This document shows, piece after piece, positions 26,770-39,479 of a stretch of DNA of 64,000 bases; within the stretch, counting starts at the first letter, position 1; the number at the start of each line of letters is the position of its first letter. The notes under the pieces are model-generated. The model was not told the origin of the DNA, made no database searches, and worked only from the letters and a program-made list of their open reading frames with translations. The stretch is taken from positions 119,040,001 through 119,104,000 of the forward strand of contig OZ024741.1 of assembly GCA_964016885.1 (NCBI GenBank), read 5' to 3'. Made by a program: the position numbers and the translations under genes. The stretch comes from Eledone cirrhosa. Its lineage: Eukaryota.

Positions 26770-28972
26770 GGATGTATACAACATGCCTAAACCTATTTCT
26801 CCATGATCACTGTGAAAATAATAACATCTTCACAGATGAACAAGCAGCTGGAAAGAAAGGTATTTGGGGGTGTGCTGAACAACTCCTAATTAACAAAACG
26901 GTGATGTCGGAGGTGCGACAACTTAGGAGGAATATGGCTACAGTCTGGCTGGACTACAGGAAAGTATTTGATTCTGTTCCCCACTCTTGGATGATAGAGG
27001 CCCTCCGACTTGCTAAAGTTGCAGACATTATAATCAGAGCCATAGAAAAGCGGTCTTCTTCTTGGGCTACAATCCTAAAGTTAAAAACAAAGAAGGAGGA
27101 CTTAATTTTCACTGATAAAATAAAATATCACACGGGTATATTTCAAGGAGACAGTCTCTCTGTGCTACTATTTATCCTGTCATTAAACCCCTGCTCAAGA
27201 AATGTGAAGAATACACCATTGGATCCCACAGGACAGAAATACGAACTTAACCCATAATTTCTTTGTGGATGACCTGAAATTCTATGCTAAGAATATAAAT
27301 GGATGAAGAAAAATCTTGACCTGATTACAACATTCTCAAAGGATATAGGAATAGAGTTTGACTAAGATAAATGTTCATATATGACTATAAAGCGAGGAAA
27401 ACTACAATCCAATCTAACAACATTTTTATCAATGGCCTAACTGTTTCACCTATATCTCACGAGGACTGCTACAGATAACTGGGAATATCCTATAATGGTA
27501 TTTGTAATAAGGAACGCGTAACCAGGGAATATTACATCCGATTAAGAAAAATATGGTCATCGGAACTCTCTGCGCACAATAAAACAGTGGCTCACAATGT
27601 TTGGAATACTCGATTGGACAATAGACGAAATCCGTGCAATTGATGTTAGGACTCAAAAAATCCTAAACAACACCGGAAACTTCCACATCAACAGTGACAT
27701 AGATTGCCTCTACTTGAAACGTAAGCAGGGAGGCAGAGGCCTAACAACAGCCCAGACAGCATTTGAGTGTCGCATCATATCCCTCCGACATTTACGAACC
27801 TCCAAACACAGGAGCCCATCTACTGAACAAGTCTGTCTGCATGAGACAGATAAGATCATGAGAGCTGGGAAGGAACTCCTTGAAAGATGCTCCCTGTGTG
27901 ATAATCAAAAGCTCATACTCACGAATCCATGAATGAAAAGTCATGCATGAATATGTTGCCAGGGAGCTGCAGAGTGAGAGTAATGTAGATAAACAAAGTA
28001 GTCTATTTTGGACCAACAACCGCTATATTGGCTCTCACTTTGAAGGATAAGTTTTTGCAATCCAAGAACAGGAAATCAACACGAAATACCTGATTCACAA
28101 AAGAGATAGGGACGCATACAAAACACCTAGATGTGACAACAAATACAGACTCTGCAGATTTAACATCAAAGATGTCACCCGTGTCATAAGCAGCTGTCCA
28201 AAGATATCATCACGGTACTATCTACCTATGAGGCATGATGTAGTTGCCAAAACACTGTACAATGCAATCCGTAGAAAAGATAGCCCCGACAATAAACACA
28301 TTAAAAGTTACAGCAATGTGGAAGACATATATATACATAATATGAAAGATTATTGGTGGAATGTTCCAGTCAAAACCCCAATAAAATGCAGGCATAACAG
28401 ACGAGATATTATGATATGGGACAGGGAAAAGAAGGCATGCACAGTAGTGGAAGTTAACTGCCCAGCATATGCCAATATAATATTAAAGATTAGCGAAAAG
28501 GAGAATATCTATGCAGAACTAATGAAAAATCTGCAGATACTCCACCCTGACCATACCTTCAAATTTATACCTGTGATTATTGGGGCACTGGGATATGTTA
28601 GTAACTGCCTCAATACAAATCTTGAGAAGCTGGGCTTCACAGAAACAGAAATAACACAACTAGTTAGGAAACTACAAGTACAATCCATTAATGGAACGGT
28701 AAAAATATATAAAACATTCCAAACATTCTGCATCTAATAACTGCATATACAAATACAAAGCATATGTACATGCACACATACAACTCAAAACATCCATATC
28801 CTCACATACATTAACATCCATACCTGACACTCATGCATGCATGTAGACATACATACATAATCTACCTAGTTGATGTTGTGTAAATTCCAATGAGAGAGTC
28901 TTGTATCTATGTTAGAAACCGACTCTCTCCCTATTGGTAAAAATTTATAAAATTATAAAACCAGAAGAATAT
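26770..28972 (+). mobile_element. R4/Dong-like RLE non-LTR retrotransposon, 5'-truncated and frameshifted
   Basis: RT motifs WLDYRKVFDSVPHSW, GIFQGDSLS, FVDDLK; RHDVVA and PD-(D/E)xK-like RRDIMIWD...VVEVNCP; 3' UTR hairpin; followed by (CATA)n. Confidence 0.85.
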
Positions 28973-29024
28973 ACATACATACATACATACATACATACAT
29001 ACATACATACATACATACATACAT

Positions 29025-29437
29025 AACCTGAAAATAAAAACTGCCACCAAATTAAAGCACAACCGGCCTGATATTGTTGTTTGGGACCACATATTGAAAA
29101 CGTGTTCTGTTGTCGAGATCAGCTGCCCACTTGATGTAAACGTTGTCAGAATAATACAGGAGAAGGAGGACATCTACGGACCATTGATGAGGAGTTTACA
29201 AATCCAGTATCCAAGATACACCTTTAGTTTCATACCCATCATTATTGGAGCTACGGGTTATATACCAACCCGCTTGGACCAAAGTATGACTGAACTTGGA
29301 TTTGCGGACAAAGAGCGCAGCTTCCTAATTCATAGTCTACAAATGGCTGCGATAGCGGGCACCTTCAAAATTTGCAAAACATTCAGGAAGGTGGCCGGTC
29401 AAAAAAATATACTCGAAATTAAGAGAAAGAGATAACA
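29025..29437 (+). mobile_element. Second R4/Dong-like RLE 3' fragment
   Basis: KHNRPDIVVWD..TCSVVEISCPLD...FIPIIIGATG; (CATA)n on both sides. Confidence 0.8.
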
Positions 29438-29460
29438 TACATACATACATACATACATAC

Positions 29461-30557
29461 ATGGTGGCTGCCAACTCGTTTTCGAGTACGGCCACTACTT
29501 TATATCCATGTAGGAGAACTCCTACCGATGCGCTGAACGAGTGTGACTTTATAGTCCAGCCAGCGACTTGAAAACTCTGGTACAAACACTACACTTGTGA
29601 CAATTATTGACACATATTTCTGGGCCCATGGCACCATGTGACGACAAGTGCAGAGAGATCTCCAGATATAAAGCAATGCCTGTGTCGAGAAGCTTTTATA
29701 GTGAGCAAAGGCACTGCACGAAGCCAGTCCCACTCTCTTAACCAAGATGATATTTACCAAAAAGAACATTTCAACATCATTGGATGCCATCAGAGTTGCA
29801 GGTGTTATATCAGAGTTTTCTTTCTCCTCGAATTCTGCCTTGACAAAGGCTAAGGGGTCATCTCTCCCGGTGATTTTGGATGGCCATTGACTCTTAAGAG
29901 CTCCTTTGCCCTTTTGACAGGTTTTGTTTTTAGTCCTGCAGGTTGTTCAAAGTCACCCTCCTCACCAAGAAACCTTGGTGGGGTTGCCAGTTTAGTCGCC
30001 AACGATCCGACCATGAGACAGGTTGTACTGGGATACATGTTACCAACCAGCGACTTGAAAACTCTGGTACAAACACTACACTTGTGACAATTACTGACAC
30101 ATAGTGCTGAGCCCATGGTACCATGTGACGACAAGTGCAGAGAGATCTCCAGACATAAAGCAATGCCAGTGCCGTGAAGCTTTTATAGTGAGCAAAGGCA
30201 CTGCACAAAGCCAGTCCCACTCTCTTAACCAAGATGATATTTACCAAAAAGAAGAACAAGTCAACATCATTGGATACCATCAGGGTTGCAGGTGTTATAT
30301 CAGAGTTTTCCTTCTCCTAGAATTCTGCCTTGACAAAGGCTAAGGGGTCATCTCTCCCGGTGATTTTGGATGGCCATTGACTCTTAAGAGCTCCTTTGCC
30401 CTTTGACAGGTTTTGTTTTTAGTCCTGCTGGATGTCCAAAGTCACCCTCCTCACCAAGAAATCTTGGTGGGGTTGCCAGTTTAGTCGCCAACGACCCGAC
30501 CATGAGACAGGTTGTACTGGGATACATGTTACCAGTAGTACCAACTGGTGACCTGAC
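29461..30557 (-). mobile_element. Structured element with a 487-bp internal tandem duplication, flanked by (CATA)n; possibly a LINE 5' leader
   Basis: 29560-30046 repeated at 30047-30534; minus strand ends GCAGCCACCATG; multiple hairpins near 30440-30555. Confidence 0.55.
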
Positions 30558-30816
30558 ATACATACATACATACATACATACATACATACATACATACATA
30601 CATACATACATACATACATACATACATACATACATACATACATACATGTATACCAGGGCAAAGAAGCAAGTCAATCAATGTTTACCCAATAAATATTATT
30701 TAAATAGCAAACATGTTTTTCTGTTTCTCAATTTCATAGTCTACTAGACTCATTATTACAGTATTTGAATAATAAACATTAACATTTGTGAATAAAATTA
30801 GAAGTTAATAAAGCAA

Positions 30817-31100
30817 AGGCGCATGGCTTAGTGGTTAGAGAATTGGATTGGTGAGGGTGCGAGTTCGATTCCCGGATCGGGTGATTCGTTATATCCTTTT
30901 GCCTGACTCTTTATTTCACGTTGCTCCTTTTTGCTGGGAGTTGCAACCGGTTGATAGTATCAGCTATGGAAAGACCAATAACAATATTGTTTCCTTGGTT
31001 CGATTTGACGGGTTCCACCCCACTTGATAAGCGAATGGGATCCTGACGATCGAATAAACTAATGAAAGTATAGAAACAGACTTAAAAGGACGATGATGAT
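30817..31100 (+). mobile_element. tRNA-derived SINE, near full length
   Basis: A box TGGCTTAGTGG, B box GTTCGATTCC, CORE-like body, (GAT)n tail. Confidence 0.7.
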
Positions 31101-31349
31101 AAATGCTTTTGAATCTGTTAAATTCTATTTGTAAAGTAATGATGTCATTTGGAAGAGGTAGTATTGCTGTGTGAGGCTACTGTCACTCAGATACGACATT
31201 ACATTTGAAAGTGATGGTTTCACTTCGTGAAACTACTGTCTCTCCAATACACCACATACCATTTGAAAGTGATGGTATCACTGTGTGAGACTACTGTCTC
31301 TCCAATACACAACATACCCTCAATCTGTGTATACTCCAGCTGTTGTTGT

Positions 31350-31510
31350 CGTTATTATCTGAGGTGTCCCAGCCATGACCATCCCGTCTTTTGTATACCA
31401 ATAACTAGATTGTTCAATTTGATCCGTCTCTTTTTAATATAGCAAAGTATTTTTGGTTGGTCATACAACCAGATAGTGGTGGTTTCATGCTGCTTCGTAC
31501 ACTTAAGCTG
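31350..31510 (-). mobile_element. RTE-like RT C-terminal fragment
   Basis: IKKRRIKLNNLVIGIQKTGWSWLGHLR. Confidence 0.45.
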
Positions 31511-31517
31511 TATGCAG

Positions 31518-31800
31518 TGTGTATGTCTGAGAATTATCATCAATGTGTATGTGTGTGTGTATGTCTGAGAATTATCACTAATGTGTGTGTGTATGTCTGA
31601 GAATTATCACCAATATGTGTGTGTGTCTGAGAATTATCACCAATGTGTGTGTGTATGTCTGAGAATTATCACCAATATGTGTGTATGTCTGAGAATTATC
31701 ACCAATGTGTGTGTGTGTGTCTGAGAATTATCACCAATATGTGTGTGTGTCTGAGAATTATCACAAATGTGTGTGTATATGTCTGTGAATTAACAACCAT
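31518..31800. repeat. ~30-34-bp minisatellite
   Basis: About 9 copies of GTCTGAGAATTATCACCAAT(GT)n. Confidence 0.9.
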
Positions 31801-32569
31801 ATGTATACGTGTTTCGGTGCATATCTATGAATGATCACCTACGTCTTTATGATGCTTATGTATTACCCACTGTGTATGTATGTATATTTTTTTTAAAGAG
31901 GTTAAAATATGTGATTTGAAGGAGATTGGTGGCTATGTTCAACAGTATGTCTACCACCTGTCCACCACGGTATCTATCGCATTGTGTGACAAGGCTGGGC
32001 TTTTGACTTACAGGTGTAAACTCATGTTGCCAGTTGAGTGGACTGGGGCAACGCGAAATAAAGTATCTTGCTCAAGGATGCAATGCATCTCTCGGAATCG
32101 AACTCTCGATCATAATATAACGAACCGAACACCTTAAGCCCTAAGCCACCCGTCGTGAATAAAATAAGTATTCTCAGAGTAAAGATCAAATATTTAATGT
32201 CTTTGTGTAAGTAATAGCCAAGTTTTTATCACTTATAGCATCTCTTTCGTCATTTGACAGCGGAAATGATTTATGTTCTTCCCTGGTGATTTAGTTCTGC
32301 CTCAGCTATTATTTCAATACCTGCTGATGTAATAGACTAAAGTGGCTAGCCAATGTTTCTCTCATATTGAAACAAACAAACAAACGCAGACCAGAACATT
32401 CAAAGAAATGTGCAACAGTTTGAATCAGTCAGTCAGTCAGTACGTTCTATAAATATGAAACAGTGTGAGTTGTTTGGTTGGGACATTCTCTAAGGACAGA
32501 CAGGACAGTGGATGTGGGAAGGGACAAATATTATTGCTATACAAATATAGCCATTATTATTATGCAAGG

Positions 32570-33300
32570 GTGGTGGATTGGCAGTATCGGTAGAACGTCG
32601 GACAACATACTTTGCGGCATATAGTTACGACCATTTACGTTTTGAGTTCAAATCCTGCTGAGGTTAGCTTTGCCTTTCATCCTTACGAGGTCAATAAAAT
32701 AAAGCACCAGTAATGCACTGGGGTAAATTTAATCGACTTTCCCCTCCCAAAAAATTGTTGACCTTGTGCCTAAATTAGAAATCATAAAATAAAGTACTAG
32801 TAATATACTGGGATAATTGCTGGCCTTGTGCCAAAAGTAAAAACAATTATTTACTATTAGGCGGTGGATTGGCAGTATCGGTAGAGGGTCGGACACCATG
32901 CTTTGACGCATAGAGTTACGGCCCTTGCCATTCCGAGTTCAAATCCCACCGAGGTTAACTTTGCCTTTCATCTTTACGAGGTCGATAAAATAAAGTACCA
33001 GTAATGTACTGAATAATTACTGGCCTTGTGCCAAAAGTAGAAACAATTATTTACTATTATGCAAAGGGAAATGTTTAGTAGTATTTGTTCTGGCTCTTTA
33101 CGTTCTGAGTTCAAATCCCGTCGTGGTCAACTTTGCCTTCTATCCTTCCGGGGTCGATAACATAAAGTAGCATTCAAGTACTGGGATCGATATTACCGAC
33201 TTTCCCCTTTCTCCAAGTTGCTTGCTTTGTGCTATTGCTAGAAAGAATTATTTATAGATGTTCTTCAGCTAAATAATACATATGTGTGTGTGTGTGTGTT

Positions 33301-33335
<35 letters not shown>

Positions 33336-33803
33336 ACTGGAAAACGAGGAAAATCCTTGGTAGAGTAAGATATATTTGAAAAGAAAAGAAGAATGACTTC
33401 CCCATTCAATGATATGCTTTAACAATGGTTTCTGATTTAGGCACAAGGCCAGCAATTTTGGAGGAGGCGTAAGTCGATTAAATCGACCCCAGCGCATTAC
33501 TGGTACTTTATTTTATCGCCCGTAAAGATGAAAGGCAAAGCTCACCTCGACAGGAACTGAATTCAGAACATAAAGGGCCCTAACTCTATGCTGCAAAGCC
33601 CTCGCATAATAGTAAATAATTGTTTCTACTTTTGGCACAAGGCCAGCAATTATCCCAGTACATTACTGGTACTTTATTTTATCGACTCTGTAAGGATAAA
33701 AGGCGAAGTCAACCTTGGAGGGATTTGAACTCAGTCCGTAAAGGGACGTAACTCTATGCTGGATAGCATGGCGTCCGACCCTCTACCGATACTGCCAATC
33801 CAC
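32570..33803. mobile_element. Cluster of tRNA-derived MetaSINE-like copies (three +, two -); more at 811-911, 41375-41510, 44338-44450, 59130-59600, 62758-62896
   Basis: GGTGGATTGGCAGTATCGGTAGA head, GAGTTCAAATCC B box, GCCTTTCATCCTT.CGGGGTCGATAAAATAAAGTACC central domain. Confidence 0.75.
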
Positions 33804-34978
33804 CTGTCCCTCCCCACATCCACTCTCCTGTCAACCCACCACCTTCAAATGTTTTACAACCAGTTATTTCTGTTATTAGTCAGTCTTTATAAGACTTTGT
33901 TAACTTTAGTAGGGAACTTTCTCGTATTCGGCGTCGATTGTCAAACTGTTGGCTTTTTTTAACTTCCATATTTCTCATGTAATTCTATACAATCTATATT
34001 GAAAGAAACAAACATTTCATTTCCTTGTGCGTCGTCTGCATCAGTCTCTTTGGTGTTGTAGTGTTTGTGGCAAACTGTTTAAATACTAGTTAGTGCTACT
34101 TAGTATTTAATATTGAAATTTAATCAAACTGAATAATATTAATGTTGATATTAAAGCTTTAAACAATATGTCCAACAACTACATCTGTCTACAGAGAGAG
34201 TCATGGGCATTGTATGTTAACTATGATTATAATAATCAATATGGACGACGAATTACTACCTTCAAACACAAGCATACACATACACATTCACACAGGCACA
34301 CACATATAATTTGTACATGCACATATATACATATGTGCGTGTGTGTACGTGTGTACGTGTGTATGTGTGTATATACACGTACGTATGTATATATGTATAT
34401 ATATGTGTATATATATATATATATGCATATATGTATATATGTGTGGTTATATATATGTGTGTATAAAAACACGTTTACATATTTGTGTGTTTATGAGGAC
34501 CTGCGTTTTTGTGTGTATGTGTGTGTGAGAGAGAAGGGAGGGGAGAGTGAGGAAGAGAGAGAGAGAGAGAGCGGGTCTACGCTTGTTTGTGTAAAGTAAT
34601 TTAATGAAAAGTCTGATTAAACGATAGTGGCGCCCCCAAGACGACTTAAATACATTTAATAATAAAAATTGCTATCTCACACGACCTGTTCTGTATATTC
34701 CAATTTCGATGAGTTTCTTGCCTTGGGATCCAAGACATTGTGGAATTTCTAACCATTAATCAGCACAATTAGTGTACATGTTTAATCTAGTTTTTTGCCA
34801 TTAAAATGGAGACTAATTTATTTTCTCGTTGATAAGAATATTTCTTAAAACAATTTATTTCGCTTGTGATTATTTAAATCGTCTGTGGTGAGAGCGTTGA
34901 TTAACCGCTATCACTTTTGCGATCATGAACCCGACATTCGATTATCGATTATCGTTCTAACATTTGCTGTTGTGTGTG

Positions 34979-35058
<80 letters not shown>

Positions 35059-35502
35059 TATATATATATATCATTTATGTTAGGTTGTTTACCAATAGGT
35101 AGAACTGGTAGTTCGAGTTGGTAAATGATGACGCAACAAATTAAAGCACTCAACGTTATGTAAGTCATCCATCATAGATGTGGTATCCAGTGGTTGAAGC
35201 AGGTAGGGAGTAAAGTATTCATCAAAACAACAGAAGGTCGGAATGAAAAATTTACTTTAGGATTTTAATTCCACGAAAGCACTATAGATATTTTGATGGC
35301 CCGGCTCTATCATCCGATTTTGATACAAAACTAGGCGAGTCCATCAGGTGTTATTTGCAGAATTATGTAACAGGATTACGTTGAACCCAAACATATAAAA
35401 GAAGATAGGAGATAGAGAAAAAATAGTAGATAGAAAATAGAAAATTCGATTTGGGGACAGCCTGCAAATATAGTGTTATATCGATAGCAGGATATATATA
35501 TA

Positions 35503-35705
35503 TAGGAACGAGTAGGACCCCGACGGCTGAGCTCAAGCCGTTTCGACGGTTAATTCTGGACTCTGAGTCCAGAATTAACCGTCGAAACGGCTTGAGCTCA
35601 GCCGTCAGGGTCCTACTCGTTCCTATTACCCACTCTACTACCCTAAGTATTGAGTACTTTGGTGCGTTATGGTCCATCTGGTTCCTTACCACATTTCCTT
35701 CGTTA
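35503..35705. mobile_element. Family H fold-back element
   Basis: Hairpin centred on GGACTCTGAGTCC (~35565). Confidence 0.8.
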
Positions 35706-36968
35706 TATATATATATATATTTCTTTAGGTTTGTTGGTTCACCACTGGATAGAACTGGTCATCCCGTATGGTCAATCCTGGTGTAATATTGTGAAGAGTA
35801 CTCAACGCAGTGCAGTTCACCCATCTTCGCTTGTGTAGTTGGTGGTGCGAATACGGAATTAATTATAAATGAAATAAAATAACAGGAGGCTGGACTGGTG
35901 TAAATCCTTGAAAGGTTTATTATACTATGATCATTTCAATGACCGGGTTCCATAAGAATCCGGTGATGTCATCAGGTATTGGAATATAACAAAGGAATAT
36001 GTAAAAAACCATGGGTCCGAAAAATCAGAGACAGAGACAGAGAGAACGACTGACCAACTAGCTTCTCGGCCAGTCGCCCTTAAAGTGTTGGCAACTGAAG
36101 CTACTAATGAATATCTGGTGAGGGGCGAAGGCTTATAATGCACTACCACCACTCGGTCAAAGAAGAAGTGGTAGAAAGAAAGAAAGAAAGAAAGGGAGAA
36201 AGAAGTGTAGTGTAAGGGTCATACTACATTCATGCTAGAAAATGCCGCGAAAAAAAAAAATATATATATATATATAGGAAAAGAGTCAGGACCCCGACGG
36301 CAGAGCTAAAGCGGTTTCAACGGAGTACTCTACTACCCAAAGTATCGAGTACTCTGGTGCGTTATGGTCCACCTGGTTCCTTACCACACTTCGTTCTATA
36401 TATATATATATATATATATAGTTTTGCGAGGTTTTTGATATGAAATCGTGTGTCGAAACAAATATTGTTATACTTGGGGAGGGTCATATTTGTGTAATAT
36501 TGCCAGAATTAATAACAGAACACACTCACTGTTTGGTTGATTTTCGCTTTTCGCTTCTGTGTCCTTTATATCGGTAATCTAATTTATTCGGTCCTCAATG
36601 TTGCCATTGACTGACCAACGGTCAAAAATACAGATACAATATAGACACAAACACATATATATAGTTTATCAAAGTTCTTTCGTTGCACATCTGCAACATC
36701 GTCAGTGGTGCTATTGTTTCCTCCCGTTGCATTGTATTTTCTACGCCATCTTTATTTAGTCTGTTTATATATTTATTTATTTGTTTATTTTATTTTGTCT
36801 TCTTTGCGCATGCGTTTTGTGTTTTGTTTGATGTGTGTTCGTGATTGGGTGGCTGTGTATTGGTTAATGTATTCTATCTTTACCAGTGTGTGTTTATATG
36901 TGTTTGTTGTTATTGTGCTTGTGTATGTATTTATTTATTTATTTATCTATTTATTTATTTATTTATAC

Positions 36969-37874
36969 TTATCTTAGGTCAGTATTGTTTGTTTGGGTGT
37001 TGTTGTTATTCCATTCGTTTTTTCTGTTTAGCCTCAGCCTTCTAAGTTCTATTTCACTGGCCTCTCTGATTTGCCTATCTGCTGGGTCATTTCTATTTTT
37101 AGATATTATTCTAATTTCTATGTTGTCTATGTTACCGTTGTGTTGTTGTCTGGCATGTTCGTATAGTACTGAACCGTTTTTTCGTCCTTTTAGATCCCCC
37201 CAGTGTTGGTCGATCCTTTCACCTATGCTACGAGCTGTCTCGCCTATGTATGTTGTTGTCATGTTTCTGCAAGTACCCTCTGTACATCTTAGGCTATAGA
37301 CTACGTTTCTAGTTTTACAGTTTATCTGGGGGTTTACCTTACATATGATACATTTCCTATTAGTACAGTGGGTTTTCTTAAAAGGGTAGGTTTTGCTGAT
37401 CAGGGATTTTATGGTGGTTCCTGGCTTTTCTACCACCTTAATCTTTAAGTGGGTCTTTCTCAGGGCCTTTCTACACTGGTTAGCTAATTTCCCTCCAGGG
37501 GTAGCGTCCACAAACATGACACTCTGGTATCTCTGGTTGTCGTACCATGAGGTGGCTTTCCCTATCTTATGTCTAGCCCTATCTAAGCTATTCCATGATT
37601 TGCTCCTGTATAATGGGCAAATTCCTTTAATGTCCAGTTCTATGACGGTCTTATACTTCTCCGTGGCCCCTTCGTATACTCTGATTCTGTCACTTTGGTT
37701 GTAGCCAGAGAACTGCATGCGGTTGATGAAGTGTTGGATGTGTCTTTCCATTTCTGTTGGGTCGCACATGTGGGACATGTTCTTCATCACTCGTACCAAG
37801 TCTGCGATCAGAATATTAAACTTAGCACTACTGGACATTGCTGAGTTTTTGAGTATCAGGTATTTGGAGGCCAT
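36969..37874 (-). CDS. PLE RT thumb + Cys linker + GIY-YIG endonuclease (5'-truncated)
   Basis: CTNRKCIIC, NVVYSLRC...YIGETARSIGERIDQH...LYEHARQQH...LNRKNEW. Confidence 0.85.
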   Translation of the reverse strand: MASKYLILKNSAMSSSAKFNILIADLVRVMKNMSHMCDPTEMERHIQHFINRMQFSGYNQSDRIRVYEGATEKYKTVIELDIKGICPLYRSKSWNSLDRARHKIGKATSWYDNQRYQSVMFVDATPGGKLANQCRKALRKTHLKIKVVEKPGTTIKSLISKTYPFKKTHCTNRKCIICKVNPQINCKTRNVVYSLRCTEGTCRNMTTTYIGETARSIGERIDQHWGDLKGRKNGSVLYEHARQQHNGNIDNIEIRIISKNRNDPADRQIREASEIELRRLRLNRKNEWNNNNTQTNNTDLR

Positions 37875-37920
37875 GGGTTTAGCATAGTGTGAGTGGAGAA
37901 TTTGGGCTCTCTCGTCTATA

Positions 37921-39384
37921 GTGCAAAACGGAGCTGGAAAAGTGTTTCACAAAAATACGTTGGAATGCAAAAGTAAACAACAACAGCTATACGGACAAAT
38001 CATCAACAACAATAATAACGATAGTAGTAATATAAACAATAACTCTGAGTATAGAAATAACAGCTATAATAGTAATAGTCATAACAATAACAATAGCATC
38101 AGAGTGAGAAATAGTAATAATGGTAATAATATTAACGATAGACAGAACAACAACAACAACCACAATAATAATAATAATAGAAACATTAACTACAGATACA
38201 GCAGCAGCGACCACAGTAGTAATAACGGTAACAATACGAATAACAACAACAACCACAGTGGTAATAATAGAAATAATACATGTAGCAACATTAATGATAG
38301 ACACAACAAAAACAAGAAACATAATAAAAGTAACAACCACAATGGTAGAAATAACAGTAACAACAACAATAACGGTGAAGAAAACAACAATCACAGCAAC
38401 AATACATCTAGCAATCATAACAATAATAATAATGCTAATGATAGGAACAAGAACAACCACCATAATAACAATAATAGCAACACGCACAACTATGACGATA
38501 GATATAATGACAACCCCTTAGAGAAACTATTCTTCAACCCAGCTGACAAAACATATAAGATGGGTAATATCTATCCTACGAGGTTACCCTTTAATAAAAG
38601 AGTTTGCATACCACAACAAATAGATGACGAGACAGAGGCACAGTTCACCATAGCTAGAAATAAGATTAGACAAATAGTATACCGGTATACTAAGAGACAG
38701 AGCAGACCAGAGGCCCAACAACTTGGGAGGAAACCTGTAGAAGGCTTGGTTAGCCTCAAGCAGCGCACAAGGGATGGTGAGGTAGTATGTCTACCAACAG
38801 ATAAGTCTGGTAGGATGTCAATAGATAGCATGCCGAACTACATCAAGGCTATGCAACCCCACATCACCAACACGAGCGAAATTGCACAGCAAATACATGA
38901 TGGGAGAGAGAAAATCCTCAACGCTCACATGATGATGTGGACCGACATCCTAAAGCCAAGCAGATGCACTGCCAACAACTTCCAGGCGTCTAACAATGGC
39001 ATACCACCCTTGTATGGGCACCGCAAAGACCACAAGACAGTCGACGACCCGACAACAGGACCACCAACAAGACCCGTATGCGGAGCAAATATAGCTAGCA
39101 ACTACAGGATCTCCTACTTCCTCTCAATGGTTATACGCCCCATAATCAAGATGTCCCCAGATGTATGTGACAGTACAGAGGACCTCCTCAGCAGAATCAG
39201 TGAGTGCAACAAAAACAGGAACCTATCCAACTGCATAATAGGCAGCATGGATGTCGTATCACTGTACTCATCCATTAACATTGATTTTGCTGTGGAAAAA
39301 TGTGTGGAGATAATCATTGAGAGCGAGGTGGAGTTCTGGGACGTCGACACAGACGAACTGGGCCTCCTACTTAGACTTACCTAG
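37921..39384 (+). CDS. PLE N-terminal region (Asn-rich) and start of reverse transcriptase
   Basis: PTDKSG motif, PPLYGHRKDHK, PTRPVCG, IGSMDVVSLYSSI. Confidence 0.85.
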   Translation: MQNGAGKVFHKNTLECKSKQQQLYGQIINNNNNDSSNINNNSEYRNNSYNSNSHNNNNSIRVRNSNNGNNINDRQNNNNNHNNNNNRNINYRYSSSDHSSNNGNNTNNNNNHSGNNRNNTCSNINDRHNKNKKHNKSNNHNGRNNSNNNNNGEENNNHSNNTSSNHNNNNNANDRNKNNHHNNNNSNTHNYDDRYNDNPLEKLFFNPADKTYKMGNIYPTRLPFNKRVCIPQQIDDETEAQFTIARNKIRQIVYRYTKRQSRPEAQQLGRKPVEGLVSLKQRTRDGEVVCLPTDKSGRMSIDSMPNYIKAMQPHITNTSEIAQQIHDGREKILNAHMMMWTDILKPSRCTANNFQASNNGIPPLYGHRKDHKTVDDPTTGPPTRPVCGANIASNYRISYFLSMVIRPIIKMSPDVCDSTEDLLSRISECNKNRNLSNCIIGSMDVVSLYSSINIDFAVEKCVEIIIESEVEFWDVDTDELGLLLRLT

Positions 39385-39479
39385 ACAGCCATGACCTTAG
39401 ACGTCACTGCCCCAGTAGACCCATAAAAGGTAGACCCTCCCACCATAACCTCAATGGCTAAAAAGACTCCCATGGGAAG

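Noticed and set aside
30817-30880. tRNA gene
   Set aside because: A and B boxes are present but there is no intact cloverleaf and the sequence continues into a SINE body.
31518-31800. CRISPR-like periodic 20-bp repeat
   Set aside because: Spacers are just (GT)n of ~10-14 bp, there are no cas genes and the context is eukaryotic; it is a minisatellite.
35782-36228. Solo LTR (TGTA...TACA with TATA-like and AATAAA signals on the minus strand)
   Set aside because: No TSD or PBS/PPT found, so too weak to call.
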